Shown piece after piece: positions 26,617 to 40,560 of a stretch of DNA of 64,000 nt. Positions within the stretch are counted from its first letter, which is position 1. Every line of letters begins with the position of its first letter. The DNA is from Eledone cirrhosa (Eukaryota): contig OZ024746.1 of NCBI GenBank assembly GCA_964016885.1, forward strand, positions 94,178,001 to 94,242,000, written 5' to 3'. The notes under the pieces were generated by a model that saw only the letters and a list, made by a program, of their open reading frames with translations, did no database searches and was not told the DNA's origin. Both the position numbers and the translations under genes were made by a program.

Positions 26617-27244
26617 ATAACAAGCATTGTATATTAATGTAATATTAATATATGTGTATGTATATATACAAGCATTGTATACACACACACATGTATATAT
26701 CTATATATATATAAACTATTCTGTCGAGAGCTTAATTCGTTTTGTGATATTTTGCAATTTTGCAATAACCACACATACTGAATTCATTCGCCAAGACTAG
26801 GGGTTGTCTCCCTTCTAACCCCGACGTGAGTTCAGAAAACGGTCAGTTCCTTAGCTTTGCATAGAACTAAATGCCCGTTGAAAAAGTGACTTCCTTGTTA
26901 GATCATCATACCAAAAGCTTAACATTATTTGTTTAAACAGACAGTGCCTGATTTAGGAGTTGCAGAAACCCCATATTGGATTTTACCACCGTTTCCAGAT
27001 GTACTGGTATAATTTTCAATCATATTTTACTATTTGTTTGACCCGAATAGCTTGTTCTCTTCTACGGCTTTGCGGATAATGGTTTAACCATCGTCTCAGT
27101 GTGTTTGGCCTTTTAACGTACGTTGTTGCTCTAGTTCACTCGTTTCTATGGAGCGCTTGTCACACATCTCGGAAGTTGTTTTTCGCTAATTTCCAATAGC
27201 CGAAATGCGATTCTCCTAATTTATATATATGTGTGTGTGTGTGT

Positions 27245-27427
27245 TTATCCCGGGTTCAATCGGGGGTAACCACAGTAAGTAAGGTACTCAATTCATAGCA
27301 GAGTATAAATATTTAATATAGAAATGGCTTCTACAGGATTAGAACTGTTTCATTCGGTAGAAATCATCAGATTGGCTTCCTGACGATTTCTCCCGAATGA
27401 AACAGTTCTAGTCCTGTAGACGCCATT

Positions 27428-27436
<9 letters not shown>
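27245..27436. mobile_element. Head-to-head PLE-like insertion with two hammerheads (27326-27370 -, 27374-27424 +)
   Basis: ggcttc-CTGACGA-tttc/gaat-GAAA-cag...ctg-TA-gacgcc and its reverse complement. Confidence 0.75.
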
Positions 27437-27461
<25 letters not shown>

Positions 27462-28682
27462 TCTAGGGTGGGTAAAATTCCCGAGATCCATGGACGAGTT
27501 CTCTCCAGCGGTCTCTCTGTCCCTCATTATCGCTTCCATGTCCTGCGTCTCCAACAGACCAGTGTCTGTCCTTAGGGCATCAACATACGTTAACCTTGGT
27601 CTTCCTCTTCCAGTGTGTCCATGTAGGGGCTCCCACAGGAGCACTGGGTGCAATGTCAACTCTAGATGTCGGTGAGCATCTCCAGCTAACCTCAGTCTCC
27701 TCTGTGTCACTTTTGAGCTGACTTTCGGGAGGCTCCCATACATCTCTGAGTATACTGATTAATGTTCCCCAGTGTATACTGATTAATGTTCAGAGCTCTC
27801 CTCAGCATTCTCGTGTAGCACCCATCCACCATCTGAGTGAGTTTATTGGTCAGTGTCCAAGTCTCAGACCCGTACAGCAACACAGACTCCACTGCAGCAA
27901 TGAAGAGGCAGATCTTCAGGTCTTTATGAAAGTCCGACTTCCACACCGATCTCAAGCCGTGGGACGTCGCCCAGGCTTTGCTCTTCCTCTCAACCGTATT
28001 CCCAATCTTTGCTCCCAAATACAGGAAGTCCACAACCAATTCTAGCGGCTTCCCGCCTATATTAGTGATCCCCTCAACAGGATGATTCTTAACAGGATCC
28101 AGCCTGAGATGGAGAAGAAACTCAGGGACAACCAGAACCGCTTCAGAGAGGGAAGATCAACCACCAGTAACATCCTGATGCTGAGGAGGATATTAGAGGG
28201 AGCTAGAGCAAAGTGCCTTCCTGCGGTCATGGTTTTCATAGACTTTAGGAAGGCCTTTGTTTCTGTGGACCGTCACTGCCTGATGAAGATCTTACAGGCT
28301 TATGGAATCCCCAAGAAGATAGTGGACCTTATATCACTGCTCTACACCAACACCAAAGCCCAAGTCATTACACCTGATGGGATGACAGAGTTCTTTGAGA
28401 TACTGGCTGGAGTGCTCCAGGGAGATACATTGGCGGCTCCCTACCTTTTTATCATCGTAGGGGACTATTGTAAGCGCCTTGCACTGGAGAAACACCAGGA
28501 CTCTGGCTTTACTGTAGCACCGGCTCAGAGCAGGAGAGTTAAGGCGAAAAAGATATCGGATGCTGAATTTGCCGACGACATAGTTTTAGTGACAAATACA
28601 GTGAAGGAGGCAGAGGATTTGATGCGGGAGGTGGAGACTGTGTCGATGAGTGTGGGGCTGAGAATGAATGAGACTAAAACAA
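27462..28682 (-). mobile_element. RTE-clade LINE, 5'-truncated, with inverted 5' segment (about 28075-28682 on +)
   Basis: Plus strand: NQNRFR, DFRKAF, GVLQGDTL, FADD, RMNETKT. Minus strand continues DFLYLG, LLYGSETWTL, RGRPRLTY. (TA)n on both sides. Confidence 0.9.
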
Positions 28683-28705
28683 TATATATATATATATATA
28701 TGCTT

Positions 28706-30480
28706 GTGTGTGTGTGTACGGTAGTCTCAGTGTGTGTGCCGTGTGTGTGTGTACGGTAGTCTCAGTGTGTGTGCCGTGTGTGTGTGTACGGTAGTCTCAG
28801 TGTGTGTGCCGTGTGTGTGTGTACGGTAGTCTCAGTGTGTGTGCCGTATGTGTGTGTACGCTAGCCTCAGTGTGTGTGCCGTGTGTGTGTGTAAGGTAGC
28901 CTCAGTGTGTGTGCCGTGTGTGTGTGTACGGTAGTCTCAGTGTGTGTGCCGTGTGTGTGTGTACGGTAGTCTCAGTGTGTGTGCCGTATGTGTGTGTACG
29001 CTAGCCTCAGTGTGTGTGCCGTGTGTGTGTGTAAGGTAGCCTCAGTGTGTGTGCCGTGTGTGTGTGTGTACGGTAGTCTCAGTGTGTGTGCCGTATGTGT
29101 GTGTGCCGTGTGTGTGTGTACGGTAGTCTCAGTGTGTGTGTGTGCACGGTAGCGTCAGTGTGTGTGTGTAAGGTAGTCTCAGTGTGTGTGCCGTGTGTGT
29201 GTGTACGGTAGTCTCAGTGTGTGTGCCGTGTGTGTGTGTACGGTAGTCTCAGTGTGTGTGCCGTGTGTGTGTGTACGGTAGCCTCAGTGTGTGTGTGTAC
29301 GGTAGCCTCAGTGTGTGTGTGTAAGGTAGTCTCATTGTGTGTGTGTACGGTTGCCTCAGTGTGTGTGTAAGGTAGCCTCATTGTGTGTGTGAATACGGTA
29401 GCCTCAGTTTGTGTGTGTAAGGTAGTCTCAGTGTGTGTGTGTACGGTAGCGTCAGTGTGTGTGTGTACGGTAGCGTCAGTGTGTGTGTGTACGGTTGCCT
29501 CATTGTGTGTGTGTACGGTTGCCTCAGTGTGTGTGTAAGGTAGCCTCATTGTGTGTGTGTATACGGTAGTCTCAGTTTGTGTGTAAGGTAGCCTCAGTGT
29601 GTGTGTGTAAGGTAGTCTCAGTGTGTGTGTGTAAGGTAGCGTCAGTGTGTGTGCGTAAGGTAGTCTCAGTGTGTGTGTGTAAGGTAGTCTCAGTGTGTGT
29701 GTGCACGGTAGCGTCAGTGTGTGTGTGTAAGGTAGTCTCAGTTTGTGTGTGTACGGTAGCGTCAGTGTGTGTGTGTAAGGTTGTCTCAGTGTGTGTGTAT
29801 ACGGTAGTCTCAGTGTGTGTGTGCACGGTAGCGTCAGTGTGTGTGTGTAAGGTAGTCTCAGTGTGTGTATGTAAGGTAGTCTCAGTGTGTGTGTGCACGG
29901 TAGCGTCAGTGTGTGTGTGTAAGGTAGTCTCAGTGTGTGTGTGTACGGTAGCGTCAGTGTGTGTGTGCACGGTAGCGTCAGTGTGTGTGTGTGTAAGGTA
30001 GTCTCAGTGTGTGTGTATACGGTAGTCTCAGTGTGTGTGTGTAAGGTTGTCTCAGTGTGTGTGTATACGGTAGTCTCAGTGTGTGTGTAAGGTAGTCTCA
30101 GTGTGTGTGTGTAAGGTAGTCTCAGTGTGTGTGTGTAAGGTAGTCTCAGTGTGTGTGTGTACGGTAGTCTCAGTGTGTGTGTGTAAGGTAGCGTCAGTGT
30201 GTGTGTGTGTAAGGTAGTCTCAGTGTGTGTGTGTGTGTAAGGTAGCGTCAGTGTGTGTGTGTGTGTAAGGTAGTCTCAGTGTGTGTGTGTACGGTAGCGT
30301 CAGTGTGTGTGTGTGAGTGTGTAAGGTAGCCTCAGTGTGTGTGTGTAAGGTAGCCTCAGTGTGTGTGTGTACGGTAGTCTCAGTGTGTGTGTGTCAGGTA
30401 GTCTCAGTGTGTGTGTGTACGGTAGCGTCAGTGTGTGTGTGTACGGTAGCGTCAGTGTGTGTGTGTGTGTGTGTGTGTGT
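28706..30480. repeat. (TG)n-derived minisatellite with unit (TG)4-6-TACGGTAGTCTCAG
   Basis: About 34-bp units on the left and about 24-bp units on the right. Confidence 0.95.
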
Positions 30481-30616
30481 GCTACATCATTCTAGTATTC
30501 AATGCTTATTTCTCTGGTCTTAAAATAGAGACTAAGTATATCTCACTTAAGATATTCCATATATTTATATCTACACTCATCAGCTCACAACTGGACCTTA
30601 TTATAAAGGAGGGAGG

Positions 30617-32080
<1,464 letters not shown>

Positions 32081-32200
32081 GGAACTGTAAGATCAGGAAA
32101 GTGCAATTGTGTGGGCGAAAGAAGTCTAAAGGAGACACACACACATGCACACACACACACAGACACACACACACATGTACACGCTCACACAGACATCTGC

Positions 32201-32275
<75 letters not shown>

Positions 32276-32289
32276 TTTATGGCTACTAC

Positions 32290-33230
32290 GACGATGATGA
32301 TGTTGATATTTATGATGATGAAAGTGACGATGGTGATAACCATAACGATGCTGCTGCTGATGATGGTGGTGGTGATGGTGATGGTGGCGATGACGGTGAT
32401 GGTGATGGTGATGGTGATGGTGGTGGTGATGGTGATGATGGTGGTGATGACGTTGATGGTGATGGTGATGGTGATGATGGTGATGGTGATGGTGGTGGTG
32501 ATGGTGGTGGTGATGATGATGGTGATGATGGTGATGGTGATGATGATGGTGATGACGTTGATGGTGATGGTGGTGGTGATGGTGGTGGTGATGATGATGG
32601 TGATGATGGTGATGGTGATGATGGTGGTGATGACGTTGATGGTGATGGTGATGGTGATGATGGTGATGGTGATGGTGGTGGTGATGGTGGTGGTGATGAT
32701 GATGGTGATGATGGTGATGGTGATGATGATGGTGATGGTGGTGGTGATGGTGATGGTGATGATGGTGATGGTGATGATGATGGTGATGATGGTGGTGATT
32801 ACGTTGATGGTGATGGTGATGGTGATGATGGTGATGGTGATGGTGGTGGTGATGGTGGTGGTGATGATGATGGTGATGATGGTGATGGTGATGATGATGG
32901 TGATGGTGGTGGTGATGGTGATGGTGATGATGGTGATGGTGATGATGATGGTGATGATGGTGGTGATTACGTTGATGGTGATGGTGATGATGATGGTGGT
33001 GGTGGTGGTGATGGTGATGGTGATGATGGTGATGGTGATGATGATGGTGATGATGGTGGTGATTACGTTGATGGTGATGGTGGTGGTGATGGTGGTGGTG
33101 ATGACGTTGATGGTGATGATGGTGCCGATGGTGAGGGTGATGGTGGTAGTGATGGTGATGGTGATGATGGTGGTGATGACGTTGATGGTAATGGTGATGG
33201 TGATGGTGATGATGATGTTGACAATGATGG
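32290..33230. repeat. (GAT/GGT)n tract with higher-order repeats
   Basis: Recurring gacgtt/tacgtt markers. Confidence 0.95.
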
Positions 33231-33330
33231 TTTATTATATATCCGAAGAATTGCAAGAGAAACGTAAACTTTGTTTGCAAGAGAGAGAAAGGTGAGACAC
33301 ACATACAAGGTTTTGTTCCCGTCTAAGATT

Positions 33331-33384
<54 letters not shown>

Positions 33385-33387
<3 letters not shown>

Positions 33388-34468
33388 CGTTTCTGAATTT
33401 GTTTAGCAAGATTCTTTATCTGAAAACGTGTGTTGAAACCGATATTGTTATACTTTGGGAGGGTCCTGTTGTCAATAAGAAACACATGCAGGAATAAGGT
33501 TAATAGAATAAACTCATGGTATGATAGCAATAAATACCAGAGTGTAATGTTCATCAATACAACCCCTAGAGGTGAATTAGCTTACAAATTTAGAAGGGGC
33601 CTAGATAAACTTAAATTTAATATTAAGATAGTAGAAAGACCAGGTACCTCCATAAAAACACTTATTAGCAATACATACCCTTTTCAAAGACCTCCCTGTA
33701 TAGATAAGAAATGCATAATCTGTAAACTAAGCCCCCATATTAACTGTAAAACTAGAAATGTAGTATATAGCATAAGATGTACTGAAGGACAATGTAAATA
33801 TAAGAATATAGTGTACATAGGTGAGACAGCTCGTAGTATAGAATAACGATTAAATGAACACTGGCGAGAACTTCAAGATAAAAAAGAATCATCAGTACTC
33901 CACCAACATGCTAAAATAGAACATAAGGGCAAATTAGAGAACATAGAGATAAAAGTAGAATCTACACACAGAAAAGACGCAATGTTTAGACAAATCACAG
34001 AGGTAATAAATATAAATGAACTCCAACCAAAATTAAATAGAAAATATGAATGGAATAGCAACATCACAACTTACAATTAAGGACAAAATGAAAACACACA
34101 CACACATATAACAAACAACCAACCAGTAACATGTAAATAAATAAATAAATAAACAAATAAAGACACACACAGACACCCGGATGTAACACATGCGCAAACA
34201 AAGTCCACAACACACACAAAAACAAGATGGCGGAGGACAGAACAAAGGAGAGGCACAAAACAAAGAAAATAATCCCCAGTCACCGAAAAGGTCACAGAAT
34301 GTGTGACGAAAGAACTTTGACAATATATGAACAACCGCCCGGGTGTGGAACCAATCAACCTACGGGAAATTTATAAATTCTTAAATTTATAAATTTAATT
34401 TATAATAAATTGGAGTGAAAGCACTGGTGCGTGTGTTTCTTATTGGCAGCATGACCCTCCCAAAGTAT

Positions 34469-34475
<7 letters not shown>
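33385..34475 (+). mobile_element. 5'-truncated Penelope-like element (Neptune-like) with pseudo-LTR and inverted 5' piece
   Basis: GIY-YIG ORF, 3'UTR with degenerate HHR (34279-34321) and ORF restart ATG at 34451. 33385-33465 is an inverted copy of the ORF start. (TA)n flanks. Confidence 0.88.
33466..34080 (+). pseudogene. Penelope GIY-YIG endonuclease domain with one in-frame stop (33844-33846)
   Basis: CIDKKCIIC...NVVYSIRC...VYIGETARSIE*RLNEH...RQITE...PKLNRKYEW. Confidence 0.9.
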
Positions 34476-34530
<55 letters not shown>

Positions 34531-34538
34531 GCATAAAT

Positions 34539-34588
<50 letters not shown>

Positions 34589-34721
34589 GAATAATCGAGT
34601 ATCGGAAAATCAGCTCACGACTTTACGATAAACACAATCCGACATGAGTGGCAGAGGGCTCAATAATTCAGATAAATCAGAGCTATAACTATCGTTAAGA
34701 TACCAACACACAAAGATTATG

Positions 34722-34764
<43 letters not shown>

Positions 34765-34771
<7 letters not shown>

Positions 34772-35428
34772 GAGAGGTATAGAGATTGTTTTAGCAAGAA
34801 GCTAACGGCATTCTATAACATATATGCGACTATAACGTCAAGATGGGAAAAGTAGTTAACGAAAGATTTAGGAAAAAATAACTCAAACTCATCTCAAAAG
34901 AGAATCAGGATATAAATTGATCCACAGAATTTTGTAAAATCCAGGGAAAAATCTATAGACCTTTAACTCATGGTAAAATAAAGTTTGAAACACTTATCCT
35001 TCAATTTGGAATAACATCAAATGCTCTGTATAGTCTTAAAAGACTATTTCATGAAAACTTTCAGTGGAGATGGTCACGGTTGGAATTTCATTCATCAGCA
35101 GAGCTCAACAGAAAACCAGGGCTCTCACAGTAATATAATCCGAAAAAGGGAATTCTAAAACTGGCTAGTTCGCCTTCATGTGTATTTATGAAAAAGCACA
35201 TGAGGAAAAAACGGGGCTAGTGACGTCAGGATGGAAGTGAATGTTTATTTACAAGAAATAGCAGTCAAATACATTCTGAAAAAAACTCTACAAAGGAGTT
35301 CAGCAAAATAGCAATAATTATCACAGTTTTTATGAAAAAAACCGGGATTAGTCACAGATAGTTTAAGCACTCTAGGAAAAGAATCCGAGTATAAATATAA
35401 ATGAGAGGTATAGAGATTGTTTTAGCAA
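34765..35428. mobile_element. Unclassified element with ~33-bp terminal direct repeat (period 631 bp) in (TA)n
   Basis: tataaatgagaggtatagagattgttttagcaa at both ends. Confidence 0.45.
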
Positions 35429-35513
35429 TATATGTATATATATATATATATATATATTGGAGGAAACAATTGTAAGCAAATAAATGACTTAAACTGAACT
35501 TTGATTACTGTAA

Positions 35514-35545
<32 letters not shown>

Positions 35546-35928
35546 CGTGAATTGGATTCACAATCTTGAGGTTGCGAGTTCGATTCCTAGACCGGGCGAT
35601 GCGTTATGTCCTTGAGCAAGACACTTTATTTCACGTTGCTCCGTCTATCTGGAGTTGTGACCGATAGATAGTAATAGTAATTGGAAAAACCAATGGAAAC
35701 ATTGTTTCCTCGGTTCGATTTGACGAAAGTCGATCGAATTTCTCTCTCTCTCTCTATATATATATATAGTCAGTCGATATATATAACGAAGGAATTGTGG
35801 TAAGGAACCAGATGGACCATAACGCACCAGAGTACTCAATACGGCTATTTTTGATCCAGAAATAGCCGTCGAAACGGTTTGAGCTCTGCCGTCGGGGTCA
35901 TACCTTTTCCTATATATATATACATGCA

Positions 35929-36380
35929 CAATATATTAATAAATGGAAACTATATTTATAAAACCATAATTATTTTATTATATATATTTCAAGGGCAACC
36001 AAGACAAATTATGGTGCGCTTTCATCAGATAAAATACAGATTTGTTTTATAAATAAATATTGACATACCCGGAAAAAAGACAACCTTAACGGTTGAAGAT
36101 CCTTGGACTATCCAGGGAACTTCAACCGTTAAGGTTGTCTTTTTTCCGGGTATGTCAATATTTATTTATAAAAACAAATCTGTATTTTATCTGATTATAG
36201 CGCACCATAATTTGCCTTGGTTGCCCTTGAAATATATATAATAAAATAATTATGGTTTTATAAATATAGTTTTCATTTATTAATATATTGAATATTTACT
36301 CCACTAATTTGTTGAGTGCTTTATATCAGTTATAACGATTTTTAAGCTTGTTGAATCCCAACAAATTAAATATAACCTCA

Positions 36381-36382
<2 letters not shown>
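35929..36382. mobile_element. Head-to-head PLE-like insertion with hammerheads (35971-36036 - intact; 36183-36248 + degenerate)
   Basis: tattttat-CTGATGA-stem II-GAAA-T-ATAT-A-TA-ataaaata; inverted arms of about 170 bp. Confidence 0.8.
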
Positions 36383-36437
<55 letters not shown>

Positions 36438-36490
36438 GTACAAATTAAAGTTTAAGCAAAGAATCGCTGCTTTCACCCTATTATTATTAC

Positions 36491-36557
<67 letters not shown>

Positions 36558-37160
36558 CTAGCTAAATTTTCAAGTTAATTGATCCATCTACTTGCAACCA
36601 GTATACGAATTAGAAATGCTATGCCATGTAGCCATATTGCTATATAGCCACCATATCACTATCGAGCGATAGACATATATTCTTGCTGGGTTTATGTGAT
36701 TCAGATCTGATTTCTTTGAGCTATAGTTGGAGTCCACTTGGAGCGGGCCCAATAACCAGTACTTTACTACTCAACTTACTCGAGCTTCTTCTTCAAAGAA
36801 CAACTGGTTTTAAACATGTTAGGAATCTTTCTAGGAAGTAACAGGTTTATCATCTCCGCTCAAAACGAACGATAAATACGCCCGAGTTTTAATTAATTCT
36901 TGGCATCCAAACATTTCTCTCTCTCTCTCTCTCTCCCCCCTCTCTCTCTATATATGTGTGTCTCTCTCTGTCTGTCTGTCAGTCTCTCTCTCTTTATGTT
37001 GCACAAAATGTTAGTGAAATTCTCTTTACTTGTTATTACATTTCATTTCGCTTTTGTTTGTGTTTGTGCGTGTCACCGTGTCTGTGATAGTAGAGTCTTT
37101 CTTTCTTTCTTTCTTTCTCTCTCTCTCTTTCTCTCACCCCCCCCCCATATCTCTCTGTAC

Positions 37161-37194
<34 letters not shown>

Positions 37195-37331
37195 GTTTGC
37201 GTCTGTCTCTGTGTTTCTTCCCTTGATGCTAATGTTACATAAGAAAGAAAATGAATATTGATTCTTTCACGTTTTCTCAAAAATATCACTTTATTCATGT
37301 GTAACCCATTAGCAACCCCGCAACACGTTTT

Positions 37332-37376
<45 letters not shown>

Positions 37377-37461
37377 AATATTAGACAGGAACAAAAACCA
37401 GAGAGGCAGTACAAATGGTAGTTTATTAGGTTCACGCTTTTGAGGGTGGAGGTGGGGGGTG

Positions 37462-37522
<61 letters not shown>

Positions 37523-37525
<3 letters not shown>

Positions 37526-37767
37526 AAGGCGGGTAAAATTCCCGAGATCCATGGACGAGTTCTCTCCAGCGGTCTCTGTCCCTCATTATCGCTGCCATAT
37601 CCTGCATCTCCAACAGACCAGTGTCTGTCCTTAGGGCATCAACATATGTTAACCTTGGTCTTCCACTTCTAGTGTGTCCATGTAGGGGCTCCCAAAGGAG
37701 CACTGAGTGCAATGTCAACTCTGGATGTCGGTGAGCATGTCCAGCCAACCTCAGTCTCCTCTGTGTC

Positions 37768-37772
<5 letters not shown>
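37523..37772 (-). mobile_element. RTE 3' end, same family as 27462, inserted in (TA)n
   Basis: RRLRLAGHAHRH...GRPRLTYVD; (TA)n on both sides. Confidence 0.85.
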
Positions 37773-37859
<87 letters not shown>

Positions 37860-38149
37860 CAAATAACGAAACGAAATTAAATTTCGTTTCGTTTGTAACT
37901 CACTTTTGTATGACTGACGCTTAAACAATTAAGTTAAAGATGTACATCCATATATGTATACTGAAATACTAGTATGTATATGAATACACACACGTATACA
38001 TATGTAGATGTACCAAGTTTTTTTCACTGTTCACTTTACTGTGAGTGGCCAGCTATTCTGTATGTAAACACACAGACAAACCGGTTTTTAGAGTCATACT
38101 GGTTTTTGAGGAAACACCTTTCCTCTATTCTCCAGAAAGCCAGACAAGG

Positions 38150-38194
38150 AATATTGAACTAGTTTCGTTGTTGTTACAACTCATCAGCAATATT
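38150..38194 (-). ncRNA. Minimal type-I hammerhead ribozyme (copy 1)
   Basis: AATATTG-CTGATGA-GTTGT-aaca-ACAAC-GAAA-C-TA-G-TT-CAATATT; canonical core and perfect stems I and II. Confidence 0.88.
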
Positions 38195-38617
38195 TACCTA
38201 TCTTCCGGCCTCTCTAGAGAATCGTAAAAGCACATATCGTTATATGCTTTTTCTATGAAAATTAGTAGTGGGCAGACTAATTTGCATAGAGTGTGAGTAA
38301 GTACCGGTTCAACGGAGACGATAAAAACAAATAACGAAACGAAATTAAATTTCGTTTCGTTTGTAACTCACTTTTGTATGACTGACGCTTAAACAATTAA
38401 GTTAAAGATGTACATCCATATATGTATACTGAAATACTAGTATGTATATGAATACACACACGTATACATATGTAGATGTACCAAGTTTTTTTCACTGTTC
38501 ACTTTACTGTGAGTGGCCAGCTATTCTGTATGTAAACACACAGACAAACCGGTTTTTAGAGTCATACTGGTTTTTGAGGAAACACCTTTCCTCTATTCTC
38601 CAGAAAGCCAGACAAGG

Positions 38618-38662
38618 AATATTGAACTAGTTTCGTTGTTGTTACAACTCATCAGCAATATT
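38618..38662 (-). ncRNA. Minimal type-I hammerhead ribozyme (copy 2)
   Basis: Same sequence as copy 1. Confidence 0.88.
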
Positions 38663-39085
38663 TACCTATCTTCCGGCCTCTCTAGAGAATCGTAAAAGCA
38701 CATATCGTTATATGCTTTTTCTATGAAAATTAGTAGTGGGCAGACTAATTTGCATAGAGTGTGAGTAAGTACCGGTTCAACGGAGACGATAAAAACAAAT
38801 AACGAAACGAAATTAAATTTCGTTTCGTTTGTAACTCACTTTTGTATGACTGACGCTTAAACAATTAAGTTAAAGATGTACATCCATATATGTATACTGA
38901 AATACTAGTATGTATATGAATACACACACGTATACATATGTAGATGTACCAAGTTTTTTTCACTGTTCACTTTACTGTGAGTGGCCAGCTATTCTGTATG
39001 TAAACACACAGACAAACCGGTTTTTAGAGTCATACTGGTTTTTGAGGAAACACCTTTCCTCTATTCTCCAGAAAGCCAGACAAGG

Positions 39086-39130
39086 AATATTGAACTAGTT
39101 TCGTTGTTGTTACAACTCATCAGCAATATT
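39086..39130 (-). ncRNA. Minimal type-I hammerhead ribozyme (copy 3)
   Basis: Same sequence as copy 1. Confidence 0.88.
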
Positions 39131-39553
39131 TACCTATCTTCCGGCCTCTCTAGAGAATCGTAAAAGCACATATCGTTATATGCTTTTTCTATGAAAATTA
39201 GTAGTGGGCAGACTAATTTGCATAGAGTGTGAGTAAGTACCGGTTCAACGGAGACGATAAAAACAAATAACGAAACGAAATTAAATTTCGTTTCGTTTGT
39301 AACTCACTTTTGTATGACTGACGCTTAAACAATTAAGTTAAAGATGTACATCCATATATGTATACTGAAATACTAGTATGTATATGAATACACACACGTA
39401 TACATATGTAGATGTACCAAGTTTTTTTCACTGTTCACTTTACTGTGAGTGGCCAGCTATTCTGTATGTAAACACACAGACAAACCGGTTTTTAGAGTCA
39501 TACTGGTTTTTGAGGAAACACCTTTCCTCTATTCTCCAGAAAGCCAGACAAGG

Positions 39554-39598
39554 AATATTGAACTAGTTTCGTTGTTGTTACAACTCATCAGCAATATT
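39554..39598 (-). ncRNA. Minimal type-I hammerhead ribozyme (copy 4)
   Basis: Same sequence as copy 1. Confidence 0.88.
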
Positions 39599-39919
39599 TA
39601 CCTATCTTCCGGCCTCTCTAGAGAATCGTAAAAGCACATATCGTTATATGCTTTTTCTATGAAAATTAGTAGTGGGCAGACTAATTTGCATAGAGTGTGA
39701 GTAAGTACCGGTTCAACGGAGACGATAAAAACAAATACAAAAGTGAGTTACAAACGAAACGAAATTTAATTTCGTTTCGTTATTTGTTTTTATCGTCTCC
39801 GTTGAACCGGTACTTACTCACACTCTATGCAAATTAGTCTGCCCACTACTAATTTTCATAGAAAAAGCATATAACGATATGTGCTTTTACGATTCTCTAG
39901 AGAGGCCGGAAGATAGGTA

Positions 39920-39964
39920 AATATTGCTGATGAGTTGTAACAACAACGAAACTAGTTCAATATT
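39920..39964 (+). ncRNA. Minimal type-I hammerhead ribozyme (inverted copy)
   Basis: CTGATGA at 39927-39933, GAAA at 39948-39951, predicted cleavage after GTT at 39957. Confidence 0.88.
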
Positions 39965-40187
39965 CCTTGTCTGGCTTTCTGGAGAATAGAGGAAAGGTGT
40001 TTCCTCAAAAACCAGTATGACTCTAAAAACCGGTTTGTCTGTGTGTTTACATACAGAATAGCTGGCCACTCACAGTAAAGTGAACAGTGAAAAAAACTTG
40101 GTACATCTACATATGTATACGTGTGTGTATTCATATACATACTAGTATTTCAGTATACATATATGGATGTACATCTTTAACTTAATT

Positions 40188-40237
<50 letters not shown>

Positions 40238-40406
40238 CGAAGGACGTGTGGTAAGGAACCAGATGGACCATAACGTACCAGAGTACTCAATACTTAGCCT
40301 AGTAGAGTGGGTAATAGGAGAATTGGGGTTAAACATTTTCCTATATATATATGAGATACAACCGGTCCTGGCATTGAATAAATATGGTGGGTCTGTCAAG
40401 TCCTTA

Positions 40407-40459
<53 letters not shown>

Positions 40460-40499
40460 TAATATTAATAAATGGAAAATATCTTTATAAAACCATATT

Positions 40500-40560
40500 T
40501 ATTTTATTATACGTATTTCAAGGGTACTAATATTTAAGTACGCTTTCGTCAGATAAAATA
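40500..40560 (-). ncRNA. Minimal type-I hammerhead ribozyme
   Basis: tattttat-CTGACGA-aagcgtac...gtaccctt-GAAA-T-ACGT-A-TA-ataaaata. Confidence 0.8.

Larger units (their letters stand above)
37853..40191. mobile_element. Array of a 468-bp hammerhead-containing unit: 4 direct copies plus a ~456-bp inverted copy (retrozyme or PLE pseudo-LTR array)
   Basis: Units start at 37853, 38321, 38789 and 39257. Inversion at 39736-39737. (TA)n on both sides. Confidence 0.92.

Noticed and set aside
35080-35100. CTGATGA-AT-GAAA on minus, similar at 18685-18700
   Set aside because: No stem II and no stem I; may be chance.
37974-40140. Repeated 60-62 aa ORFs in the 468-bp unit
   Set aside because: Short, with no recognisable domain; they recur only because the unit is repeated.
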